Of a DNA stretch of 64,000 bases, positions 25,158 to 36,496 are shown in pieces. The position numbers were made by a program, and so were the translations under genes. The notes under the pieces are model-generated. The model searched no databases and was not told the origin of the DNA. It worked only from the letters and a program-made list of their open reading frames with translations. How positions within the stretch are numbered: the first letter of the stretch is position 1; every line of letters starts with the position of its first letter. The DNA is from Macrostomum lignano (lineage: Eukaryota): the NCBI GenBank assembly GCA_002269645.1, contig NIVC01003250.1:1-64000 (forward strand), read 5' to 3'.

Positions 25158-25895
25158 TAGACCCAAATAGCTTAGATCTGCGGTAGCTAGAGGAAATGGG
25201 TCTAAGCTACTAAGGCTAAGGCTATTCTTAACGCTCGATAGTTTTCTATTCTACCCTAAGTAGCTGTCTACTCTTCGAACACAAGAGACCGGGCTAAACA
25301 TGAGCCAATACGAAACCGGGGCCAAACCGGGGGTCCGTGCGAACGCGAGATTGAAATTTCGTGTGCGCGTATCTTCTACCGAATTTCCGGTGCATTAAAA
25401 CAAATTTCTAAACGAATTATTAATTTTTATCGGGTAGCTATTAGTAAAGATCATTTCGTACAGAACTCGGAACATTCTTGAAATTATTAATTTCAATAGG
25501 ATGTATTAGTAATGAAATTTCGTCGTGATATTCGGAGCCCTACCATGTTTGAATTCGGGTTATATTATATGGATTTTTATAAAATGGTTCGGGAATAGTG
25601 TTAAGGTCCGATGAGGGTGGACTTCGGTCGGTAGGTTTCAGTTTAGAGTAAAGATTGGGTTGGGGCAGAGCTTCGATAGAGTTAGGGGTATAGTAGATCG
25701 AGCTTTGGGTAATTCGGGTAGGGTTCGGAGTAGAGTTTTTGGTAGATTCAAGCAACTGAAGAAGAAATACACGCCGTACACTCGATTTTCTTCGAAATGA
25801 GCTGCATGGAGGCCGATATGGTAACGTTTATTCGTATCGCTAGTGAATTCTCTAGCTACATCTAGAGAACGGGGTTTCTGCTGCTGCCGCTCAGT

Positions 25896-26600
25896 TCATG
25901 GCCGGCGCTGCGCATTGCGGGCCTTTTTCTTGGCTAGAATTCGCTGCCTCACCAGGTTCTGCTGCTCCATCTCCAACTTCCCCGGGGAGGTGGCCAGATC
26001 CGCTAGCGCTGTCAGACGTTCCGACAGCAGCCGGGTGGCTGCCTCGGCTGCGGATAAACGAGAGATAAACTGCGATAATTGCTCTGCATCCGGTTTGTCT
26101 GCAGTATTGGCTTCCGATTGAACTTCCGGTTTATCTTCCGGTTTAGCTCCCGGTTTAGCTTCCGTTTGTTTCCCGTCAAGCTTGGCCAGCCGGGCCAGCC
26201 GCAGGCGGGCGTCCGGGATTTCGCTATCAATTTTTTCCAGCCTCGCCGTCACTTTGGCCGCTTTGGCCGCCTCCGCTCGGACGGCGTCCGTCGCTTTGCC
26301 GAGGCCGCCAACGTGGCGTTCGATGGCAACCAGCCGCCTGTTCACGAACGGGTTGTAGATCTCGGCTGGCGGCCGCCCACCTCCGTTTTTGCTGTTCTCC
26401 TGCGGCGCTCTTTCGCCATCTGCGGCGGCGCCGCCCTCGCCTGACGAGGAAATGGCGGGCAGCAGCTTCCCGTTGGTTCCGGCTTTGGAGAGGCTGCTGG
26501 TCCGGTGCTGCAGCTGTGGCCTTGGCTTCTGCTGAGGCTTCTGCTGCTGCTGGCCACTGCTGGCACCTCCCGGGTTACCAGTCGATGCGGTTGAGGCCAT
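25896..26600 (-). CDS. Hypothetical coiled-coil protein A (234 aa)
   Basis: GC-rich open frame from ATG at 26600 (MASTASTGNPGG) to stop at 25896; heptad-like helices. A plausible 5' UTR intron has its donor at 26983 and contains a 32-nt repeat. Confidence 0.75.
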   Translation of the reverse strand: MASTASTGNPGGASSGQQQQKPQQKPRPQLQHRTSSLSKAGTNGKLLPAISSSGEGGAAADGERAPQENSKNGGGRPPAEIYNPFVNRRLVAIERHVGGLGKATDAVRAEAAKAAKVTARLEKIDSEIPDARLRLARLAKLDGKQTEAKPGAKPEDKPEVQSEANTADKPDAEQLSQFISRLSAAEAATRLLSERLTALADLATSPGKLEMEQQNLVRQRILAKKKARNAQRRP

Positions 26601-26699
26601 GCCTGCTTTGCCCGAGAGCTTTTCTGCTGTTTGAATTCCAGGTTTTGAAAGCATCCGTATTGAAAGCTATGAGAACACAAAAAGTATTCATATAAAAAT

Positions 26700-26905
26700 T
26701 TACGAGAACATAAAAGCATCTATTTTGAACATTACGAGAACATGAAAGCATCCATATTGAACATTACGAGAACATGAAAGCATCCATTTAAAACATTACG
26801 AGAACATGAAAGCATCCTTATTGAACATTACGAGAACATAAGAGCATCCTTATTGAACATTACGAGAACATAAGAGCATCCCTATTGAACATTACGAGAA
26901 CATGA
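26700..26905. repeat. 32-nt minisatellite (AACATTACGAGAACATGAAAGCATCCATATTG)
   Basis: Units at 26728 and 26760. Confidence 0.9.
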
Positions 26906-27303
26906 AAATGCGCGTTTAACACAAGAAGACAATAGCAGAGAAAAGTATGACACGAGAGCATGAGTGAACAGCTGAAGACTCACCGGAATGACCGCTCAGA
27001 AAGAGTTTTTTGTGTTTCACTTTGCTATTCAGCAGGCATGCAGCTCAACAATTTATTAATCCTAACCAACTGATGCTGCTGAGGCAGCTGGATAAGCTCC
27101 CCATCTCCCCTCCCAGCCATGGAGTACTACAGTTCTAGACATCTGGACTGGAAACTGGTCAAGAGGGCACACAAGCTCAAAGTGTTCCGAATTTCATCTA
27201 TCGGTAAGTGGTACGAGTAGTTCTGATAAGTGAATATGCAGCTCGTGCCACTAACACTAGCCTCGATGTATCGATTGGTGTATCTAGCTCATATTTAACC
27301 AAC

Positions 27304-27400
27304 TTAGGTTATGGTTAGGGTTATGGTTAGGGTTATGGTTAGGGTTATGTGTTAGGGTTATGGCTAGGGTTAGGGTTATGTTAGGGTTAGGGTTATGGTT
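27304..27400 (+). repeat. Interstitial telomere-like repeat (TTAGGG alternating with TTATGG)
   Basis: TTAGGGTTATGG units plus TTAGGGTTAGGG. Confidence 0.85.
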
Positions 27401-27828
27401 GCATTACATTCCAAACGATACGGAAGCAGTCATTCTTATTGGTTGAAACAAACAGCGAACCTCAGCTTCCACTCCAGATGCTACATTTAGTTCGCCACAT
27501 CCCGGACCCAAACACACATGGGGATCTTCTGCATCCTATAAATGGCAGTGGGTATTGGGAGGCCAACCGGCCAGTACCGGTAATGCCTTGGAAACGATGC
27601 GGGTTAGTCAGGGGAGCTATAAAAAATCGATAGCTTCTACCATCAGACTGAGCTCAAAGTGAAGTTTTTAAGTGCAAAAATTCTCCCCAGCCACCTGCCT
27701 AATAACTGATGCACCATACGTTTGGTAAACAACTAATAGAAGTAATAATGTGACAGTTTAGCTCTTTTATTCTGCACATAATTTTGTCAAAGAAGAGTCA
27801 GGCTAATCAGGAAGGCTAGAGGCTTACT

Positions 27829-28355
27829 GGGGGAATTGCTGAGATGTAAAGTCTTGGGGGGGGGAATTGCTGAGATGTAAAGTCTTGGGGGAATTGCTGA
27901 GATGTAAAGTCTTGGGGGAGAATTGCTGAGATGTAAAGTCTTGGGGGGGATTGCTGAGATGTAAAGTCTTGGGGGGGGATTGCTGAGATGTAAAGTCTTG
28001 GGGGGGAATTGCTGAGATTTAAAGTCTTAGGGGGGGGGGAATTTCTGAGATGTAAAGTCTTGGGGGGAATTGCTGAGATGTAAAGTCTTAGGGGGGGAAT
28101 TTCTGAGATGTAAAGTCTTGGGGGGGAATTGCTGAGATGTAAAGTCTTAGGGGGGGGAATTTCTGAGATGTAAAGTCTTGGGGGGGAATTGCTGAGATGT
28201 AAAGTCTTAGGGGAATTGCTGAGATGTAAAGTCTTGGGGGAGAATTGCTGAGATGTAAAGTCTTGGGGGGGGGAATTGCTGAGATGTAAAGTCTTGGGGG
28301 GGGGAATTGCTGAGATTTAAAGTCTTAGGGGGGGGGAATTTCTGAGATGTAAAGC
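27829..28355. repeat. ~26-nt minisatellite with variable G-run (GGGGGAATTGCTGAGATGTAAAGTCTT)
   Basis: Direct inspection. Confidence 0.95.
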
Positions 28356-28469
28356 CTTCTACATTTAACCGATTCGGAGATACAGACATTTTAATAATCG
28401 GCCTTCAACTATTTTTGCACGATTTGCGAGTGTTGCGTCCTTCTAGTCTAGTAGTCCTTAGTGTTTGGA

Positions 28470-29010
28470 TTTCGGAGTGTCAGGATTTCAGAGTGTCAGG
28501 ATTTCAGAGTGTTAGGATTTCAGAGTGTTAGGATTTCAGAGTGTCAGGATTTCAGAGTGTCAGGATTTCAGAGTGTCAGGATTTCAGAGTGTCAGGATTT
28601 CAGAGTGTCAGGATTTCAGAGTGTCAGGATTTCAGAGTGTCAGGATTTCAGAGTGTCAGGATTTCAGAGTGTCAGGATTTCAGAGTGTTAGGATTTCAGG
28701 GTATAAGGGTCTTGGTGTTAGTAGGATGTATGGGTGTAGTAGGTCTTGGTGTCAGTAGGGTGTGGGTGTCAGTAGGTGTGGGTGTCAGTAGGTGTGGGTG
28801 TCAGTAGGTGTGGGTGTCAGTAGGTGTGGGTGTCAGTAGGTGTGGGTGTCAGTAGGTGTGGGTGTCAGTAGGTGTGGGTGTCAGTAGGTGTGGGTGTCAG
28901 TAGGTGTGGGTGTCAGTAGGTGTGGGTGTCAGTAGGTGTGGGTGTCAGTAGGTGTGGGTGTCAGTAGGTGTGGGTGTCAGTAGGTGTGGGTGTCAGTAGG
29001 TGTGGGTGTG
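28470..29010. repeat. Two adjacent 16-nt arrays (TCAGGATTTCAGAGTG 28470-28700; GTGGGTGTCAGTAGGT 28750-29010)
   Basis: Direct inspection. Confidence 0.95.
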
Positions 29011-30118
29011 ATGTCAGACCGTCTGACAAAGTATTTATAGTCAAATTTGTCAGCAGATGTCAGGACGACATTCAGTGGTCTCAGCCGCTGAGCACGCTTC
29101 TCTCGGATCCGGCGCTGTGTCTCCCGCTGGTGCTCGAGCTGCAGCGCACCGGGCGTGAGCACCAGCGAGCTGAGGCGCTTCAGCTCCGCCTGCATGCCGG
29201 ACAGCGACTCCAACGCGCTGCTCAGCTGCTCGCGCTGCTCCGCCAGCCTGTCCCGATGCTCGCCGACATTCGCGCGCACCGGCTGAAGCTCCAGCAGCTC
29301 AACCTCGGCTCGGCTTGTCCGACTGCGCAGCTCCTGGAAGTTGCGCCGGAGCTGCGCCGCGGCGAAGGCGGCGTCGATGCGAGCGCGGAGCAGCGCGTTG
29401 GTGGCCAGCTGATCCCGGCGCCAGAAGTCCACGTGGCCAGGATTGCGCCATGCCGGCCGGCCCACCGCTTCTGCTGTTGCCGATTGTTGCTTCTGCTGCT
29501 GCTTCTGCCGTTGCTGCGGCGACTGCTGCTGCTTTGCAAGGTTTGCTTGCCTAAGAGAGTGCAGAAGATGTAGAATTTTCTGGGATGGGGAATATATATG
29601 ATGGGGAATTTTTATTATGGGGAAATTATGGGAAAGGGACTTTATAGGATGGGGAATTTATAGGATAGGGATTTTTATTATGGGGAAATTATAGGAAAGG
29701 GACTTTATAGGATGGGGAATTTATAGGATGGGGAATTTTTATTATGGGGAAATTCTAGGAAAGGGACTTTATAGGATGGGGAATTTATAGGATGGGGAAT
29801 TTCTATAATGGTGAATTCTATGATGGGGAATTTCTTTGATGGGGAATTCTATGATGAGAAATTTCTATGATGGTGAATTCTATGATGGGGAATTTCTTAT
29901 GATGAGAAATTCCTTTAACCCGAGCTCTGACAGAATCAAAAGGTAGCCATGAATGCGCCGTTGCCTCACAGTCATTCGCCGCTGCCTCACCAGCTGGGGC
30001 AGCTTGTCCCGCCCCGGCTGTCCGTCCGCCGCAGCCCCAGCCGCCGCGGTCCTTTTGGACTCGCTGCAACCGGCCGAATCATTGCTGGCATCCCCGTCCG
30101 CTTTGCTGTTGCCTTTTT
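28977..30118 (-). CDS. Hypothetical coiled-coil protein B, spliced, likely paralog of protein A
   Basis: Main exon 29550-28977 after acceptor TTAG (QANLAKQQQ...GRPAWRNPGHVDFWRRDQL...LSSLVLTPGALQLEHQRETQRRIREKR). The upstream exon starts at 30118 (acceptor TGCAG). It most likely ends at 29991 (TG|GTGAGG, phase 2, MPAMIRPVAAS frame); alternative end 29920. The 5' structure is uncertain. Confidence 0.65.
29585..29905. repeat. Degenerate GATGGGGAATTT repeat (intron of gene B)
   Basis: Direct inspection. Confidence 0.8.
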
Positions 30119-30126
30119 CTGCAACA

Positions 30127-30642
30127 CGGATGACACAAGGATGACACAAGGATGACACAAGGATGACACAAGGATGACACAAGGATGACACACGGATGAC
30201 ACAAGGATGACACAAGGATGACACAAGGATGACACAAGGATGACACAAGGATGACACACGGATGACACAAGGATGACACAAGGATGACACAAGGATGACA
30301 CAAGGATGACACAAGGATGACACAAGGATGACACAAGGATGACACAAGGATGACACAAGGATGACACACGGATGACACAAGGATGACACAAGGATGACAC
30401 AAGGATGACACAAGGATGACACAAGGATGACACAAGGATGACACAAGGATGACACAAGGATGACACAAGGATGACACACGGATGACACAAGGATGACACA
30501 AGGATGACACAAGGATGACACAAGGATGACACAAGGATGACACAAGGATGACACAAGGATGACACACGGATGACACAAGGATGACACAAGGATGACACAA
30601 GGATGACACAAGGATGACACAAGGATGACACAAGGATTACAC
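30127..30642. repeat. 11-nt minisatellite (GGATGACACAA)
   Basis: Near-perfect array; spurious SLCHPCVILVS ORFs. Confidence 0.97.
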
Positions 30643-31373
30643 ACCCTTTTGTACAGAAAATATCTATCTCCCGATTGATTAATATTTTTTAGCCTCCGAT
30701 GCGTTAATTAAATCGTTGTCATGACAACGCAACCGATAACCCCGAAAAAGTGTTGTTTTTTTAATATAGTGTTTTGAATCCATAGATTGTTGCGCGAATG
30801 TCTGCCTCGAGGGGGGGGGCAGCGGAAAGTGCACAGCTGGTTCACACACTAACCAGAATGTAAACTACTAGCATGCAGATTTTGGAAGATAATAAAATAT
30901 ACTTTTTGTGTCCAATTATCTTCTTGAATAGAGGGGGGCTGTGAGCGGTGCAATTCCACTACCTGCCAATTAACTGTCTGCTGAGACTTGTTCTCAACTG
31001 TGTCCAGCTTGTAGGGGCCCGTGTAGGCACTCGAGACCGCTTACTATTGAAGTAATGAGTCTCATTGCTAGCGGAAAAGACTGCGATTGCAGGATAGACA
31101 AGGCAAATCTTCAGCCAGCTAAGGCCTTCTCACAGGTCTTTAATTCATTCTCTGACACAAACCTGACGAACTGTCTTCGAGTCCAGCTCAGCCAAGTTAG
31201 GCTGAGATTTGCAAAAAACTTCAATGATCGACTATGAATATGAGCAGATTGAGATCGCCTACAATCCGAAGTGAGTCGCCATCTGATTGGTTGATTTGTC
31301 TGTGCAAGGGTTCTGATGCTGATTAAAACTGGTAACCTCTTGGCAACGCGTCTGGTTCACGCATTTAAGCTGT

Positions 31374-31656
31374 CCATGGGTTCGATTCCTGAGGGCCACG
31401 GGTTCGATTCCTGAGGGCCATGGGTTCGATTCCTGAGGGCCACGGGTTCGATTCCTGAGGGCCACGGGTTCGATTCCTGAGGGCCACGGGTTCGATTCCT
31501 GAGGGCCACGGGTTCGATTCCTGAGGGCCACGGGTTCGATTCCTGAGGGCCACGGGTTCGATTCCTGAGGGCCACGGGTTCGATTCCTGAGGGCCACGGG
31601 TTCGATTCCTGAGGGCCACGGGTTCGATTCCTGAGGGCCACGGGTTCGATTCCTGA
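31374..31656 (+). promoter_or_regulatory. Tandem array of 13 Pol III B-box / tRNA T-arm-like units (22-nt period)
   Basis: Unit CCACGGGTTCGATTCCTGAGGG contains GGTTCGATTCC, matching B-box consensus GGTTCGANNCC; starts at 31374+22n up to 31638. The repeat is certain; the regulatory role is inferred. Confidence 0.55.
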
Positions 31657-32144
31657 TGTTCAATGCCTAATGCACAGAGTATGTGCATTGCCCACTGCCT
31701 GATGATGAGAATCGAATCTTATCATTGTAAGAAAGAGCCGCTGTACACGCATTAAAATCCTCAAAACGTGTAGACCCGGATTAGGTCACTCCACACCCTC
31801 CTCACTCAGCACCCTCTTCATTCCGCACCCACACCACTCCACACTCAATCCGTTCCGCACCCAAACCACTCTGCAACCATCTCCCTCGTGCACCCACCCC
31901 ACTCCTGCACCCACCTCCGTCCTGCACCCACCCAATTCCACACTCCCTCGTTCCACACCCACCCCACTCCGCAACTAGCCATTCCGCATCCGCACCCAAC
32001 CTGTTCTGAATCCACCCACTCTGCAACCACCCCACTCCGCACCCACCCCACTCCGCACCCACCCAGCATCCAACCCAGCTATCGCAGCTAACCCAGCCTA
32101 ACTACTACCGAAAACTCCCCCACAGGGACGATCGCGACTTTCGC

Positions 32145-32942
32145 ATGCAGGCCGGCGGCGCTATGCAGCTTCGCCGTGGATTCACTGTTGCCGAGGTGGC
32201 AGCCAGCCGCGCCAACGCCAAAGAGCGCCGACTGTTGCAGCAGACAGTAGACAGACTCGAGGCCGACAAAAGGTACGCCGCCAGGTGTCTGAACACCGAC
32301 CTACAGATGGCTCAACAGCGGCGGCATCGTCTGCTCAGACGGTGCGCCACCGCTCAGAGGCGCACGCACCTGCGCCCGGACGAGCGCGCGGAGCTCGCCA
32401 AGCTGGACAGGGCCGGCCGGCTGCGGCTGCCGGCCTCCGCTTGCACCTGCGGCGCTGGCGTCGGCGGCGGCTTCAACTCGGCTCGGCTGATTCGGGCCGC
32501 TGAGCGCAGGCTGGGCCGCTCGCGGGGCGACCTACCAGCCTACCTGACGGCGAGGACACGGGCGCCACAGCCGGCGCAAGCGACCTCCGACAGTGACGAC
32601 GAAGAAGAAGAAGAAGAAGAAGAAGATCTGTCGGCGGCTCTGCGAACCGGCCGCGACTTTCTTCCGCTGCTACCGCCGGCTGCCGGTGCTGTCAGCGGCG
32701 CAACGGCGGGCGGGGCCGCCTGGTCGACGCATCGAACTGCCGCTCGACCGGCCACGGCGGTGGCGCCAAGCTGGCGCGGGGCCTCAACGGATCCGCCGGA
32801 CACGGCGCGCCGACTAACGGAGACCGAGCGGCGCCTGCGGATGGCGGAGGAGCGCGAACGCATGGAGCAGCTGGCCGGCGGCAGCGTGCGCCGCTTCATC
32901 GACTCGCTGTCGCAGCTCAGCCTGCGGGCAGGCGCCGGCTGA
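32145..32942 (+). CDS. Hypothetical protein with N- and C-terminal coiled coils and an acidic tract (265 aa)
   Basis: GC-rich ORF; ANAKERRLLQQTVDRLEADKRYAARCL helix, SDSDDEEEEEEEED, ETERRLRMAEERERMEQL. Possible acceptor CACAG at 32125. Confidence 0.75.
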   Translation: MQAGGAMQLRRGFTVAEVAASRANAKERRLLQQTVDRLEADKRYAARCLNTDLQMAQQRRHRLLRRCATAQRRTHLRPDERAELAKLDRAGRLRLPASACTCGAGVGGGFNSARLIRAAERRLGRSRGDLPAYLTARTRAPQPAQATSDSDDEEEEEEEEDLSAALRTGRDFLPLLPPAAGAVSGATAGGAAWSTHRTAARPATAVAPSWRGASTDPPDTARRLTETERRLRMAEERERMEQLAGGSVRRFIDSLSQLSLRAGAG

Positions 32943-33104
32943 CTAGCTGGGCAGTTGCTAGGGCTTGAAGCAATCAAATCTTAAGTTTGATGTTCCGCTT
33001 CTTTGAGCTCGTGTGCCTTTTTTTATTATTCAATTATACGCTTTAAAATTGTGCTATTTTTCTAAAAATTTCATCTGCTCATTACTGCTCAACAGTTAAC
33101 AGTC

Positions 33105-33110
33105 AACATT

Positions 33111-33209
<99 letters not shown>

Positions 33210-33540
33210 AATAATAATAATAACAACAACAAAAAAACAACAGCAACAGCAACAAAAGCAACTGAAAAAATACAACTGCAAAAACAACAGTAACAAAAGC
33301 CACAACAACAACACCAAAAGAAACAACAACAAAAGCAGTGACAAAAACAGTAAAAAGCAATAAAAACAACAACAACAACAACAACAACAACAAAAGCAAC
33401 AACAACAACAGCAACAGCAATAAAAACAACAACAAAAACAACAGAAAAAACTGCAAAAATACTACAACTACAACAACAGCGAAAATTCAACGACAATAGA
33501 AACAATTTAACAACAACACAAACAACAACAAAATTTAGCA
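33105..33540. repeat. (AAC)n microsatellite and degenerate continuation
   Basis: Direct inspection. Confidence 0.97.
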
Positions 33541-33845
33541 ATATATGAGAGCGAAAGAATCATTTGTCGGAATAAACAATCTGTCAAAAAGTCGATCAAA
33601 ATTTCAATGGACCCTCGGGCAGCTTTACGAGTTTATCAGAAATTCCCGACCTCGAATGGTCAACTAAAGCGCAGGAAACTAAAACAAGTTGTCAGTATAT
33701 GTTGTTCGCCAGTTCGCCCTACCATTACTTGCAGTAGTTCAGTTCAAACCTAAAAAGCTCTTTTCAAGCCGGTGACAGTGTCAGCTTCTTGCCAGATAGA
33801 TATGATTCATCTTATAGACATTTGACTTATAGACATTTGAAGTCT

Positions 33846-35102
33846 AATGACGCTACATCCGTTTTTCTTAGAAATGAGCCGCGGGTGAGGAATAGCCCGA
33901 GGATTTCCCATTAACGCCCTTAAAGCATGGGTATTACTATTATTGTGTCAGAGACATTTTTTCATGTCCTTGACAAAGTGGGAGAGAATAATCGGGCGTT
34001 AATGTACTATTGTACATATACGCAAGAGTTTTATAATGACACGCACCATTTTGTTATTGCTCAACGCTGAAAATACATTTCGACCATAGACAATTTATTT
34101 TCATATTATTTATTACATAAAAAGTGAACTTGAAAACATAAACAAACAATAAACAAAAAACTCCGCGTGCTTGATTCGTAGAAAAACGGAACCTGCCTTC
34201 TGAATCGTTCAAAAGAGGCTTCGGAAAAAAAGCTGCCGTTTTTCACCCATGTTCTCACGTTCTCACGTAGAATATAGATAATGGTGAATACCACCTCGTC
34301 CTGTAAGCGTTTCGGCTGCGGTTCTATCAAAGTACGCCTTGACTTTTTCCAGATCTGCTTCCTCGATCGGTAGAAACTGCTTAGTTGTTGACTCAGTGAA
34401 ATTGATATTTTGTTGCTGTAAATTTTCTTTCCAGTCTATCGCTTTTTTTAACAGATGCTGGAATGGCACTTTTCAGTCGCGTCATCAAGGCCTAAATCTT
34501 TGTCTATGGCCCACTGCACCAAGGCCTTTAAGTTTGTCTATGGTCGACTGGGTGCCAAATTTTAGTAGCATTAAGTAATGACCGATCTTGTAGGCAAACT
34601 CAGATAAAATTATTATAATTGGCTACTAGTATGCTATATATAAAATGCAATTTTATAGTACGTTACGGCGTTAAGCCGGTGCGGCGAGAATCGCTGGCGA
34701 AGCGCACTCGTGTTATGGCCATTATTTAACTCCGTAACATACTATATAATCTACCATTAACTGCCCGCTAATTTCGGTATTTCTTTACTGCAAGCGGGCT
34801 TAAGTGTAGTCTATGGCATTAAAAGGCAAGAATAAGTGTCCAGCGGGCACAAAGGTCATGGTACAATCGCCAGTGCATCTGGAATCAACGAATAAAAAGG
34901 CAAGCAAGTTGATGGTTTGGCCATAGACATCAGCACAACTTTAATGACACCAGCAGCAACCGCTCTCATAGAAACCAGGATTAAATATCGACTTTCCATA
35001 CAGCAACGAACAAACGAATTTTTCTAATGCGAATTATCTCAACTGAATTTGTCTATGGCTAAACCTCAGCTAATTTCTAAGAAAACCGAGTGCAGCGTCA
35101 TT
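33846..35102 (-). mobile_element. Inverted-end element carrying a decayed Crypton/DUF3504-like tyrosine recombinase fragment
   Basis: Ends TGACGCTACATCCGTTTTTCTTAGAAATGAGC / GCTAATTTCTAAGAAAACCGAGTGCAGCGTCA match 27/32 as inverted repeats. Minus strand 34380-34210 reads PIEEADLEKVKAYFDRT [frameshift] PKRLQDEVVFTIIYILRENVRTWVKNGSF, resembling the recalled DUF3504-region pattern I...DL.K...YF....P..LQ..VWF.....G.RGRE..R.L...SF. Confidence 0.55.
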
Positions 35103-36496
35103 CATTCTACTCCAGTTGTTCATGATGACATTTTGCTCCTCCATTTTTTGTTCAGTCTAAAAATTTGAAAGCAAACTTTAAGCGCCCTTGAGTGCACTTA
35201 GCAGTCAGAAAAAGCCATCGACTCGTAGACTCCTTATATCCCTAGCTAACCATTCTTTGACCTGCCAGGCTAAAACAGAAAATGAGTAGCCCGAAAAAAG
35301 CTTATAAATGGTTCCCTAACTAGCTGCATCGCGGGTTGCTAGCTGCATGCATGCTAAGCAGGATCCGCCCCCCCCCCCCTGTCTGCCTGCCTCCTGCCCG
35401 CCTGCTCATGTCCCCTACCGGCCCCGCACTTTCTGGCCAAAACCATAGCCAAAGCCTTGCCGCCTTCTCCAACCGGCCTGAGCTTGTACCTACCCGCACT
35501 ACCTTCTCCCCTTTTTCCTCCTCAGCCGGGGGCTGGCTGGCCTCCCATACCCCCGACAGGCGAGTCCTCAGTACTCTCAGCCCGAGAGAGTTAGACCTGC
35601 AGCATCCCCAATTTGCATGGCACCCTGACTTTACCTTCTTCCCCCTCCCAACTACACTTTTCTGTCTCTCCTCACCCCTACCCCTCACTCCCAACCCCCC
35701 ATGTCCTTCTCCACCGTTTAACTGCAAGAATTGTCAAAACTGCAAACTGCGTCACACCTCCCCATCTCCAGTCCAACCAAACTGCCGGTCCCCTCAGGAA
35801 AGACCTTGATTGCATCTTACCCCGCTTCCCCCAAGCCTCCACCTGTCTATCCTCAACATCATTGTCAAAAGCAGCAACAGCAGCAGCAATAGCCGTAAAG
35901 CAATTGCAGTCCCCCTCATCCCATTCATCCAGCTGCCAGCAGCTGCAGTTGCCTCCCCATGGCTCTCAGCAGTCTTCTTCTATTGCTCGGGCTTAGAGGA
36001 GAGCCTTAGTTACGCTGCCTTCCTTAAAACACAGAAGCTGCCGGAGTTTGGCACAACAATAAGCCTAATTCTGCCTCATTGTCTCCAAGCCAGCCCCGGT
36101 TCTTCTCTGCGCCATCCGGAGGAACAATAGTTCCACGCGAAGGCCAGTCAACTCCCGCCACCAGAAGGAGCAGGGCGGGGCTGCTGCCGCCTGTCAGAAT
36201 TTTATCCCGGCAAACCTCTCGCGCCGAGAGTTGCTGACAGCGAAGAGAAACTGGAACAATTTTAAGATAGGAACAGCAGCGCTACGAGCCGCATTGAATT
36301 ATAAACTCTGGTGAGTAGCACAATGCAATCATTTTTTTCCTGACTGACGAAAATCATGAAAGCTCCACTAGCTGGCACACAGATCCCAATTGAGGCCCTA
36401 AAGTCAAGCAAAAAAACTACAAAATGTAAACAAACCAACACTCGATAAAATTTGCATGGATTACACTAGCAAGCTGCTATAAATAATTTATTCTAT

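Noticed and set aside
31330-31400. Intact tRNA gene upstream of the B-box array
   Set aside because: No acceptor stem, D-arm/A-box or anticodon arm could be folded.
35320-36300. C/H-containing ORF (CQNCKLRH...C) as a retroelement zinc knuckle, and other unique blocks at 37020-37560, 40570-41130, 41550-42400
   Set aside because: Spacing does not fit CCHC well and no RT or endonuclease motifs were seen; no splice-consistent gene could be built.
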